A stretch of 64,000 nucleotides of DNA from an uncultured cyanobacterium (lineage in GTDB: Bacteria > Cyanobacteriota > Cyanobacteriia > PCC-6307 > Cyanobiaceae): the NCBI GenBank assembly GCA_963697335.1, contig CAVONQ010000007.1, positions 128,001 to 192,000 on the forward strand, in the 5' to 3' direction. Under the pieces are notes generated by a model, which saw nothing but the letters and a program-made list of their open reading frames with translations, did no database searches and had not been told where the DNA came from. Positions 11,111 through 21,070 of this stretch are shown piece after piece. The position numbers and the translations under genes are program-made. Numbering within the stretch: position 1 is the first letter of the stretch; every line of letters starts with the position of its first letter.

Positions 11111-12265
11111 GTGACCATGCAGCAGAAACGTAGGGCTATCATCCACATAGGTGCCCCCAAGGCTGGATCGTCGTCAATCCAAACTTTCCTCAAAGCTCAC
11201 TACGGGCCGTGGCAAGGTCACGGCATCCTCAGCTTGGGGATGACAGGTGCCAAAACTGGCCTCAACCACCGCACGCTGTATTTCTCATTCCATCGGGGCA
11301 GCATCAGTCGCGTGGACCGCATGCGATTTCATTCGGATGCCGAGTATGACCAACATCGCCAACTTCAACAACAGCTACTATCACAGGAGATCGCTTCGCG
11401 CAGCTCCTGCCATACCCTGATCTTCAGCGATGAATACCTCACTCGCCTTGATGTTGAAAGTGTTCATGGGCTGAGACAATTTCTGGAGTCCCACGGCATC
11501 ACACGATTTCTGATCATCGCCTATGTCAGAGACCCAGGATCCTTGTTTCTATCCAGCGCCCAGCAATCCATCAAAGCCCATCATGAACTGCCATCCCCGA
11601 TAGGCTGGAAGCAGTGTTTCTCCGATGTACTGAGAACCTGGGATTCCGTATTCCCCGGCTGCACCCTGTTCCGAGCCTACGAGCGCAGCACTCTAGTTCA
11701 GGGTTCTGTGGTGGATGATTTCCTGCAATCGATATTCGGCCCTGACCCTGACCAGGTCGAATTCAGCCCTGCCACAAAGAGCAAGAGCAACCGCAATCTA
11801 TCGATGACCGCCGAGGGAATGGCCCTGCTGCTGAACTACCGAAGAATGTTTCACAAGGAAAAAGTCAATACTTTCACCCCCGATACTCGTCAGCTCATTC
11901 TTACCTTGCAGGAGTGCAGTGGCTTGGACAGGTTTGAACCACCCCGCCTGCGCCAGGAGTGGCGTCACTACATTGAAGATTGTCACGCCCAGGAGCTGCT
12001 TCAACTGTCTACAAAGTTTGGATTGCACTATGAACACATTGACTATGGTCGCCTGAAGGCAAAACTTCTCTCTCCACCGCCAGCTCCTGTGCTTCCAGCC
12101 AGTGATCTCACCGGCGGCCTTCAAGACGTTGCCTATCTTGTGGAGAATATTTCGACCGAGGCCTATGAGGCTCTCAGTCTTCTCGTGCTTCACAAGATGG
12201 CCCAGAAAGCAGCGGAAAACAGCAAACTGAAAAAGGCACTGCAAAACCCTAGCCAGCCAGCCTGA
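11111..12265 (+). CDS. sulfotransferase-like protein
   Basis: IIHIGAPKAGSSSIQ, LIFSDE and IAYVRDP...S motifs; lower GC than the flanks. Confidence 0.7.
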   Translation: MTMQQKRRAIIHIGAPKAGSSSIQTFLKAHYGPWQGHGILSLGMTGAKTGLNHRTLYFSFHRGSISRVDRMRFHSDAEYDQHRQLQQQLLSQEIASRSSCHTLIFSDEYLTRLDVESVHGLRQFLESHGITRFLIIAYVRDPGSLFLSSAQQSIKAHHELPSPIGWKQCFSDVLRTWDSVFPGCTLFRAYERSTLVQGSVVDDFLQSIFGPDPDQVEFSPATKSKSNRNLSMTAEGMALLLNYRRMFHKEKVNTFTPDTRQLILTLQECSGLDRFEPPRLRQEWRHYIEDCHAQELLQLSTKFGLHYEHIDYGRLKAKLLSPPPAPVLPASDLTGGLQDVAYLVENISTEAYEALSLLVLHKMAQKAAENSKLKKALQNPSQPA

Positions 12266-12268
12266 GGC

Positions 12269-12943
12269 CTAGCCCAGGCAAGCGCTATAATCAATCCCAA
12301 AGTACTTGGCCAGAAAATCATTGGAGGCCTGAAACTTTTCCATGATGATCTCTACCTGGGCTCCCGATACATCTTCCAAGCGAGGCACTCCCGCCCTTTC
12401 CCTGAATCCCGACTTTGCCATAGAAACCATCTTAAAATCCCGCAGCCCCCGCTCCGACAGATACCTGGCCACACCGGTTTCCAGCCCATTGTAATCAATC
12501 ACCTCATCCACATCAGGGATCCAGGCGCCAGAACGATCAGGCGATGCATACCGTGCCAAATCAACCGGGAAAACACCATTCTGCACATAATCCGACCAGG
12601 ACATTCCCCGAAACTCACCGCGTTTCAGATGCTTGGGTGAATGTCGAACCATGGCATAGTGAGAAAGACACTTTTCCACCGGATGACGCTCAATACAAAA
12701 AGCAGAAAAGCCTGCCACATCCTCGCCGAAGACATCTCTGATCCTGGCCACAGGAACATGGTTCCGCAATCTGATGCCTTGGTGCCTGAAGTTTCTGGGC
12801 CGATGGCCTGGTTCAGGCGGCACCAGGGGTGTCACCACATCCGTGGCAGGCAGCCGTGCGGCGATGGACACCTCGAGCGCCGTGCCTGCCGTCTTCATTG
12901 TTTTACAAAAGATGAAACGATGGGCGAACGAGACAATGGTCAT
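12269..12943 (-). CDS. sulfotransferase family 2-like protein
   Basis: FIFCKTMKTAGTALE (5'-PSB loop) and ERHPVEKCLSHY (3'-PB RxP...S motif). Confidence 0.75.
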   Translation of the reverse strand: MTIVSFAHRFIFCKTMKTAGTALEVSIAARLPATDVVTPLVPPEPGHRPRNFRHQGIRLRNHVPVARIRDVFGEDVAGFSAFCIERHPVEKCLSHYAMVRHSPKHLKRGEFRGMSWSDYVQNGVFPVDLARYASPDRSGAWIPDVDEVIDYNGLETGVARYLSERGLRDFKMVSMAKSGFRERAGVPRLEDVSGAQVEIIMEKFQASNDFLAKYFGIDYSACLG

Positions 12944-13115
12944 CTGAACCGTCCGATAATCAACTCAGTATAAATGTGCTCGGGAGAATCACCGGCAGCA
13001 GGAAGTAGCGATTCCAGGGATGAGGACGTGGACCGCAGGACGCAGCCTGGAGTCTGGGTGGGGAGGGCGCGGCCGGCCATCGGGGGCTCGGACTAGGGCT
13101 GGGTAGCCTGGGCCC

Positions 13116-13658
13116 ATGCCATCGCTGAAGACCATGGCCAGAGCCACCCCAGGGGCCTCGCGCCGACGCGGCGTCGCGGGGCTGTTGAAGAAGATTGCTC
13201 GGCGGCTCAGGCTCCTGCCCGCCCCCACGCCCCACCAAAGGCTGGCGGTCCTTCTTGAGCACCCAGAGCGGCGTGCCCCTGAAGTCTGGCGCAGCTGGCG
13301 CAAGACCAAACTCACCCGCGTGCAAGAGCTGCTGGCCAACAAGAAGGGGGTGGTCGCCGCCAGGGAACTCAGCCGAGCCCTGCTCCAGGATCCGGACTTC
13401 CCCATGTTCGAGGAGCTCATGGCAGAGGCCACCAGCCTCAAGCTACGCCGGGATGCCAAGGCGGGCCAGCCCGATCCGATCGTCGAATTCCCCGAAGAGC
13501 TGCGGGCCCAGGCCCTGCAACTGGAGGGCTTTCAGCTCTACATCGCCGAAGTGGAGCAGCTGCTCCAACAGGCTGGCTTCCCCTCAGGGCCTCAGGTCGG
13601 AGGGGGCAGCAAGGGCAGCCGATCGCGTCCAGCCACCCTTAACGCCACCCAACCCTGA
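13116..13658 (+). CDS. hypothetical helical protein
   Basis: 180-aa ORF with coding-like codon bias and a basic N-terminus. Confidence 0.6.
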   Translation: MPSLKTMARATPGASRRRGVAGLLKKIARRLRLLPAPTPHQRLAVLLEHPERRAPEVWRSWRKTKLTRVQELLANKKGVVAARELSRALLQDPDFPMFEELMAEATSLKLRRDAKAGQPDPIVEFPEELRAQALQLEGFQLYIAEVEQLLQQAGFPSGPQVGGGSKGSRSRPATLNATQP

Positions 13659-14558
13659 GCCCAGGCCGCAGGCCGCCAGCAGCGCCTCGGCCCGGGCCTC
13701 AAAACTGTGTTCACGGGCCACGACCCAGCTGACCCGCTGTAGCAGTCCAGGCTGGGAACGGCGTCGCATCACCTCAGCCAGCGTGGCCTGGGGATCGTCA
13801 TCGGGCCCATGCACCACGATCCCCGGCAAGAGGGCTTCAGGGCAACCTGGCGCCATGTCGGTAATCACCGGCACGCCGCAGGCCAGCACGTCAAAGACCC
13901 GGTTGTTGAGATAGCCGAAGTCACGCATGGCGCCATGGTGGTCGTTGAGCACAGCCAGGCTCTCGCCGTAGAGAGCCGGCAGGGTGTGGTTGCCGATGCT
14001 CTGCCGCTCCGCCCTCAGGCCGAAAGCCTCCCAGCCGCTGCCGATCAGGCTGAGCGGCAGTCCGCTGCGGCCGAAGCCCAGCACCAGGGGACGGTCCACA
14101 CCACGGGTGTTGCCCACAAACAGCAGGCCCCGGCTGGGCTGCCGGGGGGAGCCGGCCAGCCGGAAGTCAGTGGCCTGGGGCAGCACGTGGGTGGGCTTGC
14201 CGCTCAGGTAGGCCAGGCGCTGCCGGTCCTGGGCAGAGGCCACGAACAGCCGGTCGTAGCTGGCCAGTTCCGCGGCGCTGATGTCCAGCGGCCAGCTGAT
14301 CTGCCAGAGCAGACGGGTGCAGTACGTGGCCTGGCTGAGCCACTCAGGGCGGGGACGGAACTTACCCCGCAGCAGCAGCAGCCCTGTGCCGACGGGAGGG
14401 GGGGTGGCGCTTTCGTAGGTGTCGCGAAACAGCAGGCGCGTGGCGAAGCCACATCCGCGCAGGGCCCGCTGCAGGCTCTGGGCGAAGGCCACGTCCCCCC
14501 AGCCCGCCAGGCCGGCGGGGTCGCTCGGTGCGGCGATCAGCAGGTCAAGGGACCTCAA
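13584..14558 (-). CDS. CgeB-like glycosyltransferase (GT-B, Glyco_trans_1_2)
   Basis: WGDVAFA, LFVGNTR, LNDHHGAM, NNRVFDVLACGVPVITD and EHSFEARA. Confidence 0.85.
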   Translation of the reverse strand: MRSLDLLIAAPSDPAGLAGWGDVAFAQSLQRALRGCGFATRLLFRDTYESATPPPVGTGLLLLRGKFRPRPEWLSQATYCTRLLWQISWPLDISAAELASYDRLFVASAQDRQRLAYLSGKPTHVLPQATDFRLAGSPRQPSRGLLFVGNTRGVDRPLVLGFGRSGLPLSLIGSGWEAFGLRAERQSIGNHTLPALYGESLAVLNDHHGAMRDFGYLNNRVFDVLACGVPVITDMAPGCPEALLPGIVVHGPDDDPQATLAEVMRRRSQPGLLQRVSWVVAREHSFEARAEALLAACGLGSGLGGVKGGWTRSAALAAPSDLRP

Positions 14559-14571
14559 TCGGGGCGCGAAG

Positions 14572-15048
14572 ATGGAACGCCATCCTCCCCCGCCCCCCGT
14601 TCTGGACGTTCACACACGCCTGAACCTGCAAGGACTGATCCAGCGGCTCCATGCCTTGCCTGGGGTGAGCAGGTACCTCTTCTGCGCAGGCCTCGACGCC
14701 GTGCTGCTGCTGTCAGGGGAGGCCCTGGGCCCGGAGCAGCCTGGCTGCAGCCTGGAGCTGGCAGTGCCGCCGGGCCCCGGGGGTGACGCCGAGCCCGCCT
14801 CCCCGTCCGTGATCGCCCTGCTGCCCCTGAGCTGGGCTCGGGGGCTGGTGGCGGCGGAGCGGGCCCCCAGCCTGGAGAAGCTTGTGGCGGCTGCCGGTGG
14901 CGCCTGCCTGACCCTGAACGCGCTGAGCTGGCCTGCCGACAACAGCCACCGCCAGGCCACGGTCCCGTCTGGGGGAGCAGATCCTGGCCTACCGCGCCCA
15001 ACTGGACCTCGGGCTGAACCTGCTGGAGCCCCTGCAGCACGAGCCTGA
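14572..15048 (+). CDS. probable 5' part of the downstream GT2 gene, separated by a frameshift
   Basis: Coding-like until ~14930. The coding signal then moves to the frame of ORF 15056..17104, which is open from 14927. Confidence 0.45.
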   Translation: MERHPPPPPVLDVHTRLNLQGLIQRLHALPGVSRYLFCAGLDAVLLLSGEALGPEQPGCSLELAVPPGPGGDAEPASPSVIALLPLSWARGLVAAERAPSLEKLVAAAGGACLTLNALSWPADNSHRQATVPSGGADPGLPRPTGPRAEPAGAPAARA

Positions 15049-15055
15049 AGGTCCC

Positions 15056-17104
15056 TTGGCGACACCAGCGGCCGAGGTGATCCCCACCGCCCTGGCCCTG
15101 CTGCAAAGCGAGCGTCGCCTGCTGCGCCAGATCGACCCGCGCAGCTGGCCCACGCCGCCCTGGCGCCCGCCGCTTGACGCCGCTGGCTGGCTCCGGGCCG
15201 ACATTCCCCTCGGCCCGGAGCCGGCCGATCAGTTGGCGGCCCTGGTGCACCTGCTCCCCCAGGACGAGCAGGTGGCCTTCACGGCCGCGCTCGCCTCAGA
15301 CCTGGAGGCACTGCTTGGGCAGGCTGCCCCCGGAGCGGCGGCACCAGACCCTGCCTCCGGGCTTGACTGGGCCTGGGATCTGGCCGAAACGCTGGTCGGC
15401 GCCCTCAACAGCCGCGACCCCGAGCTGAGCGCCATCGCCCGCCAACTGCGGGGGCAGATGCTGGAGCGCGCCCTGCAGCTCCCTGAGCCGGTTCAGCGGA
15501 CTGCCCGGTTGATCCGCTGCATTGACAGTGAGGCCTGCAGCAGTGAGACCTGCAGCAGCGAGGGCAATTCCGCCGTGGCGGTGCTGGCTGCAGCCATCGA
15601 CAGCGTGGCGCAGGAGATCGATCTGGCCTCCAGCCGCGGTGATGGCAAGCAGCGACGCCTGCTGCAACGTCAACTGGCCGAGGCGCTGCGCGGCGCCGGC
15701 AGCAACCTGCAGCTGCTGCGCGAGCTGGTGCTGCAGCTCAGCCTGGAGAGCTGCAGCCAACTGCCCCAGCGGCAGCCACCCTCCGCCTGCCTGCTCCTGC
15801 TCAAGGGCCTGCTGCTGCTGGACAGCACCGCTGTGACCCCGCTGCCGCTGGAGCGGCAGCAAGCCCTGGTGCAGCTGTTTGAGCGATTGCTGCCGCGCGT
15901 GTGGTGGCAGGCCGATCTGCTGGAGGCGCTGCTGCGGGACCTGCGCCGGTTTCGGCTGGATGTCAGCTGGCTCTCCAGCCATGGCGGTGCCGTGCTGGCC
16001 GGCACCATGCGCCTGCATCGCTACCTCGTGCCACCGACAGCGGCGGCCGGTCAGCCGGGAGCGGATGCGACCGAGCAGGGCCAGGCGCTGCTGCGGCTGC
16101 AGCTCCTGGCCCTGATGCGGCTCACCAGCGGCGTCAAGGACCGCACCAACCTGCTGCGCCGGCTCCAGGAGATCAGTGCCGGAGATACCAGCCGCTGCTG
16201 GCTGGCTGGCGCCGAGGAGCCGATCCTGGCGGCGGCCTGCTCGGGGCTAGGCACCTACACCACCTCGCTGCTGCGCCTCTACGCCGAGGCCTGCGGAGTG
16301 CCCGAGCTGGTGCCGCTCCTGCCCCCCGGCGAAGGCGTGGCTCAGGCCTTTGATCGGATGCTGGAGCATTGGCGGCGTCACGGCCCCCAACCCGGATCCG
16401 CGGCGCTGGGAGCCGCGCGGATTGCCGTGGTGATCACCACCTTCCGCCCGGATCTGGGGCGGCTGCGACAGGCCCTTGAGTCCTTGCGCCTGCAGACGCT
16501 GCCAGCCGCAGAGGTGCTGGTGGTGGATGACGGCTCGCCGGCTGCGGAGGGTGAAGCCCTGGAGCAGCTCCTTGATCTCTTCCGCTACGGCCACGGCCTG
16601 CCGGTGATCCTGCTGCGCCAGGAGCGCAACCAGGGCCAGTACGCCTGCCGCAACCTGGCCCTTGGTGCCTGCACCTCAGAGGTCCTCGCCATTCAGGACG
16701 ACGACGACCTCTCCCACCCCCTGCGCCTGGAACGCCAGTGGCTGGCCCTGCGGCAGGGGGCCCTGGCCTGCTACGCGCAGCATGTGCGCTTTGAGGAGCT
16801 CAGTGGCCAGCCCCAACCCGATGGCGACGGCTTCCGGGCCATCGGCGATGGCATCACCTCCCTGATGGTGCGGCGGGACACCGCGGTAGCCCTGGGGGGC
16901 TTCTACCCCGTGCGCTCCAGGGGCGATGTGGAGTTCCGCAGCAGGTTGCAGCGGCAGTTCGGCGAGGGGGCCATCGCCCGGCTCAACCAACCGCTCTATC
17001 TGATGCGTGGCGGGGCCGGCACGATCTCTTCTGGCTTTGAATACGGCTGCAGCCTGCAGATGGCCACCTGGCGGCGGCTGATCAGGCGGGAGCATCTGGT
17101 GTGA
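15056..17104 (+). CDS. glycosyltransferase family 2 (C-terminal domain) with long helical N-terminus
   Basis: IAVVITTF, VDDGS, NQGQYACRNLAL, IQDDDDLSHP.RLERQ and GDVEFRSRL. Confidence 0.82.
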   Translation: MATPAAEVIPTALALLQSERRLLRQIDPRSWPTPPWRPPLDAAGWLRADIPLGPEPADQLAALVHLLPQDEQVAFTAALASDLEALLGQAAPGAAAPDPASGLDWAWDLAETLVGALNSRDPELSAIARQLRGQMLERALQLPEPVQRTARLIRCIDSEACSSETCSSEGNSAVAVLAAAIDSVAQEIDLASSRGDGKQRRLLQRQLAEALRGAGSNLQLLRELVLQLSLESCSQLPQRQPPSACLLLLKGLLLLDSTAVTPLPLERQQALVQLFERLLPRVWWQADLLEALLRDLRRFRLDVSWLSSHGGAVLAGTMRLHRYLVPPTAAAGQPGADATEQGQALLRLQLLALMRLTSGVKDRTNLLRRLQEISAGDTSRCWLAGAEEPILAAACSGLGTYTTSLLRLYAEACGVPELVPLLPPGEGVAQAFDRMLEHWRRHGPQPGSAALGAARIAVVITTFRPDLGRLRQALESLRLQTLPAAEVLVVDDGSPAAEGEALEQLLDLFRYGHGLPVILLRQERNQGQYACRNLALGACTSEVLAIQDDDDLSHPLRLERQWLALRQGALACYAQHVRFEELSGQPQPDGDGFRAIGDGITSLMVRRDTAVALGGFYPVRSRGDVEFRSRLQRQFGEGAIARLNQPLYLMRGGAGTISSGFEYGCSLQMATWRRLIRREHLV

Positions 17105-18051
17105 AGCCCCCAGGAGCAGCAACGATGAGGGACTCCGAAGCCATGGGGGAGACGGCAGGGATGGGCAGCACCGTGCCGGTGCTGATTGGACTCACCTCGA
17201 TCCGAGGCCGGGAAAGAGCCCTGAATCGCACATTGGACAGCCTGCTGCGGCAGTGCCTGCCCGCTGACACCAGACCCGTCTCCCTGCACCTGTTCCTCTC
17301 CCATGAGCCCTATCTGTTGGATCGGGGCTTTGCGGCACCTCCCAGCTTCATCCAGCGCTGCCAACGTCAATCGCACCAACAGGGCATCCAGCTGCACTGC
17401 CATTTCGTGGAGAACACAGGTTCCTATCGCAAACTGCTGCCCCTGATCGACCTGCTCGACGACAGGGCGAAAGCCCTGGACCCCTACCTGATCACGGCCG
17501 ACGACGACACCCTCTACCCCCGGAACTGGCTGAGGAGGCTGCTGGATGCCCAGGACCGGCTGAACTGCGTGGTGGGGTTCCGAGGACGCCGGATGGTGGT
17601 GGAAGAGGGACGGATGGCCCCTTACCACCGCTGGATCAAGCACGACTCCTCGCTGCCCGAGCCCCACCTGCTGACGGTGCCCACCGGCAAGGACGGCATC
17701 TGCTATCGATTGAGCCAGCTGCACCGGGGAGTGCTCGACTGGCGCCGAGCCCTGCAGCTGGCCGGCCATGCCGACGACCTCTGGTTCAAGCACCACACCC
17801 TCATGCTGGGGGTGCCCAGTGCATTGCTGAATGCCTCGCTCAGCCTCGAGTTTCCTGAACTCAACGCTGCAGGACGGCGCATCCGCCCCCACCACAGAAC
17901 GCAGGCACCACACAGCCTGTTCCTGACCATCAACAAGCGTGGCGGCAATGACGCCGTGCTGGAGCGACTGATGGATGCGAGCATCTATCCCCTCAGCGGG
18001 CCAGCCCTCAATCCAACCAGTCCAGGTTCGAGTCGCCCAGCTGTCGGCTGA
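17101..18051 (+). CDS. GT-A fold glycosyltransferase-like protein
   Basis: LTSI..R, GSYRKLLP, LITADDDTLYP and ADDLWF. GTGA overlap with the upstream gene. Confidence 0.75.
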   Translation: MKPPGAATMRDSEAMGETAGMGSTVPVLIGLTSIRGRERALNRTLDSLLRQCLPADTRPVSLHLFLSHEPYLLDRGFAAPPSFIQRCQRQSHQQGIQLHCHFVENTGSYRKLLPLIDLLDDRAKALDPYLITADDDTLYPRNWLRRLLDAQDRLNCVVGFRGRRMVVEEGRMAPYHRWIKHDSSLPEPHLLTVPTGKDGICYRLSQLHRGVLDWRRALQLAGHADDLWFKHHTLMLGVPSALLNASLSLEFPELNAAGRRIRPHHRTQAPHSLFLTINKRGGNDAVLERLMDASIYPLSGPALNPTSPGSSRPAVG

Positions 18052-19528
18052 CAGCACGGCGCATGGAGGCCTCGGCCGTGCCACACCAAGGAGCAAAGCC
18101 CGGCTGCTCAGACTCCACCAGGTCGGCAGCACTGAACGGCAACTCCATCAGGATGAAACGGCAATCGATGCCGGTGGGCACCGCCGCAACCTGGATCAGG
18201 TGGCGAAGGCTGAACGGTGCCCAGAGCGTCATCGACGGGCGATCCGCCAGAGCGCTCAGCCCTGGCACCCAGTCCGCCGGCCAGTGGGGATCACGGCCAC
18301 CGTTAGGGCCAAGCTGCTCCGCGCTGTGCAGCACCAGGTGCCAGGAAGCTGCCCCCTCAGTGGAATCCACCAAAACCTGCGGATGGAAGGCAGCACAAGC
18401 AAGGCCTGTCGACCGCTGCCAGGCGGTCGAGCCATCTAGGTCCGTCGCCGTCAGCTGCTCCCAGTGGGCCTGAAACTGGCGCAGCCGCCAGGCCCAAGTC
18501 AGCTGACGGGTGGTTCTGATCCACAGCCAGTGATCGGTGATCGACTTGGAGCGGCCGCGGGGCTGCTCATGCAAGAGCCATGGCTTGGGCCCTGCAAAGT
18601 GCACCAGCGCCAGACCTTCAATGCAGCCATCAAGAAACTGAACAACATATTTGATGTTGCAATTAAAGTTGATCGGGAGCAGCTCAACCGGCTGATCGAT
18701 CAGCAGCTGATTCCATACTTTCTGATCGGCAAATAAATCCAGACACGGGCAAACAGCATCAGCACTCGAGCCAATCAACGCCTGCATCCGGGAGACCATG
18801 GTGTCGCACAGAGCCGAACCGGGAATCGAAATCACGCCTGAATTGATCACAGGCCGCCCGGAATAGCCACTGACAACGCCAAACGGGTTGGCACCGCAGT
18901 CGATCACCACGCGGAACGCCGAGCCCGGAGCCCAGAGGCGATCCAGTGCTGCAAACACCAGCACATCGGAATCGAGCACAATGACACGCTCATAACCGCG
19001 CAGGCCCAGGGCATAGGTGTTGAGATACCCCAGGACCCCAATCCGCTCGCGGTTGGCAGAGTCTCGCGGCAGGGCTGAAGCCCAGCTCGGATCAGGCACC
19101 TCAAAGATGAGGTGGGGATAGATCTCAAGCAGTTCAGCCCGGTCGAGCCAATCCAATGAGCCATCGTGAAACACCACGAACGGACTGGACAGATCCGGAT
19201 AGACAGCCAACAGCGACAACAGCAAACCGCGAAGCCCTGGTAGGAAGCGGTCATTCGCGACGGTGGCAAAGGCAACCTGGGAACCAGGATCTTGAGGACG
19301 GGTCCAGGCCGAGTCTCGAACCGGCCAACACCGCTCCGGGCCTGGATCTCCATGGGGAAGCCGCTCGAGTCGGCCATAGGGAGGCTGAAGGGGCTTCGCC
19401 CTCTCCTCTGCAAGTTGGGCGGCTAGTCGCCTCAGACGCTGGACCAGCCGGTCTCTCTGGCGCCGAGCCGTATCCCTCTGATCACGCAGACGATCAAAAT
19501 CCTGCTGGCTGCGACGACGACCGAACAA
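18008..19528 (-). CDS. glycosyltransferase family 8 with N-terminal coiled coil
   Basis: IVLDSDVLV, INSGV, DQKVWN and HFAGPKPW. Confidence 0.85.
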   Translation of the reverse strand: MFGRRRSQQDFDRLRDQRDTARRQRDRLVQRLRRLAAQLAEERAKPLQPPYGRLERLPHGDPGPERCWPVRDSAWTRPQDPGSQVAFATVANDRFLPGLRGLLLSLLAVYPDLSSPFVVFHDGSLDWLDRAELLEIYPHLIFEVPDPSWASALPRDSANRERIGVLGYLNTYALGLRGYERVIVLDSDVLVFAALDRLWAPGSAFRVVIDCGANPFGVVSGYSGRPVINSGVISIPGSALCDTMVSRMQALIGSSADAVCPCLDLFADQKVWNQLLIDQPVELLPINFNCNIKYVVQFLDGCIEGLALVHFAGPKPWLLHEQPRGRSKSITDHWLWIRTTRQLTWAWRLRQFQAHWEQLTATDLDGSTAWQRSTGLACAAFHPQVLVDSTEGAASWHLVLHSAEQLGPNGGRDPHWPADWVPGLSALADRPSMTLWAPFSLRHLIQVAAVPTGIDCRFILMELPFSAADLVESEQPGFAPWCGTAEASMRRAVSRQLGDSNLDWLD

Positions 19529-19534
19529 GCGCCC

Positions 19535-20920
19535 TTACTGACGCCGGGAGATACCGAGCACAAAGCTCGCCACACCCCAACCGACAAGCAACAGCCCCAC
19601 AAGGGAAAGCAAGCCCTTCCAACGCCAATCCAGAGACTGACCTGATGGGGTTTCGGGATTACTGAGCAGAACCAGGAACTTCAGCTGGCGTTGGCTCTCA
19701 AGACGGCTGTTATCAGCAGCCAGTTGGGCCGCCTTGACAGAGGCCTCAGCAAACTGAACCTCCGTGGTTAGGTTCCTCGACTCTACTAACTTCTGATTGA
19801 AATTCTTAGCTTCGGGGCCAACAAGCTTGGAGCGCTCAACATCAATTTGCTGCCGTAGCTCAGCAATCTGATCAGCAACAAAAGAGACTTCAGGTCCTTC
19901 CTGGTCAAGGAACTGGCGCTTCAAGCGTCCTTCTTCCACCTGAAGATCGATCAGCCTGGTTTCCATGGCGGCAATGAAGCGACTTGTGGCTTCAGCGGCA
20001 GCCTCAGGGTTGATCTCACCTTGGCGGTCATTGAAAGCGGCTAACGCCTGTTGCGCCTTGGCAAGGCGCTCACGGGCACCTTCGAGTTCCTGTTCAGCAA
20101 AAGCCTGCTGATTACGGCTGATGTTCTGGTTGGAATTATTGAGAAAGTTTTCCGCTTCATCGAGGAGCAAGCGGTTCAGCTTGAAGGCTGTTGTTGGGTT
20201 GAGGCCCGTCGTTGTCATCTGGATAACACCCGTTAAATCCTGGGGCACCACACTGACCTGACGGCGGAAGAAAGCTAGCTGCTGATCAAAGGCCGCATTC
20301 TTTGACAATCCTGCAAAAGGGTCAGCACCATTTTTGGCATAACTCTGTTCAGGCTTCAAACTGAGAAAGACCCTCTGCATGACCTCCGGTGATGTGAGGT
20401 AAACAGAGAGAAATCGGCCATCCTCAAGAGAACCCAACATGGTGGGGCCGGCAAGTACGGAACCGAGAAGCGAGGGTGTGACATTATTTGGAGCCTGGGG
20501 CAATCGTACGATAAAATCAGATGTGACTTGATAGCGATTGCGACCAATAACGCCAAAGTAGAGAACCCCTCCCGCCAAAATCAAGGCGGAAATGCGCTTC
20601 GGTCCAGGGATCAACCAACGTCGCTGCTCGGGGCTCAAACCCTTCCAGCGGCGGCCTCCATCCTGGACAGATTCAACGCCAGTACCAGACTGTTCGTGAA
20701 CGGGCGGCCGGCCCACATTGGGGAGCTCATCCTCGACAAGCCCAATCGCCCGGAGAACCCCAGACAAAGAATGGCTTACGCGACTGGCTAGACCTCCAGC
20801 CACCATGCCAATCTCCATGGCATGCGCCTCTGGCCGATCGCGCCTGTTCAGCCGACGCTCCCGCCTGGCGCGTGCTGGCCTAGGGAGGGATGCAGAGCTG
20901 GCGGAGCGATCAAAGTTCAT
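19535..20920 (-). CDS. kpsE: capsule export polysaccharide co-polymerase, KpsE/CtrB family
   Basis: N-terminal TM helix then RYQVTSDFIVR, YLTSPE, a long coiled coil and a C-terminal TM helix; adjacent to kpsM/kpsT-like genes. Confidence 0.82.
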   Translation of the reverse strand: MNFDRSASSASLPRPARARRERRLNRRDRPEAHAMEIGMVAGGLASRVSHSLSGVLRAIGLVEDELPNVGRPPVHEQSGTGVESVQDGGRRWKGLSPEQRRWLIPGPKRISALILAGGVLYFGVIGRNRYQVTSDFIVRLPQAPNNVTPSLLGSVLAGPTMLGSLEDGRFLSVYLTSPEVMQRVFLSLKPEQSYAKNGADPFAGLSKNAAFDQQLAFFRRQVSVVPQDLTGVIQMTTTGLNPTTAFKLNRLLLDEAENFLNNSNQNISRNQQAFAEQELEGARERLAKAQQALAAFNDRQGEINPEAAAEATSRFIAAMETRLIDLQVEEGRLKRQFLDQEGPEVSFVADQIAELRQQIDVERSKLVGPEAKNFNQKLVESRNLTTEVQFAEASVKAAQLAADNSRLESQRQLKFLVLLSNPETPSGQSLDWRWKGLLSLVGLLLVGWGVASFVLGISRRQ

Positions 20921-21070
20921 TGTAGTTACCCTAACACAGAAGAATCAGAGCTGGTCATGTTGCTCGGGAATGGATGCTCCGCTGGAGTGCAAGGCCGAGA
21001 AACACGGGGTTGAGAAAATCAGGGTGGTCAAGATCAAAAGACCCGGCGGAGAAGACTGAATGTGGGCAGA

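Noticed and set aside
15526..15565. 15-bp near-tandem repeat (CAGTGAGGCCTGCAG / CAGTGAGACCTGCAG)
   Set aside because: Small in-frame duplication in a GT linker with only ~2.5 copies; not CRISPR-like.
5936..18051. Several 38-75 bp convergent 3' overlaps between glycan genes
   Set aside because: Common in compact GC-rich genomes where stop codons are rare; no evidence of function.
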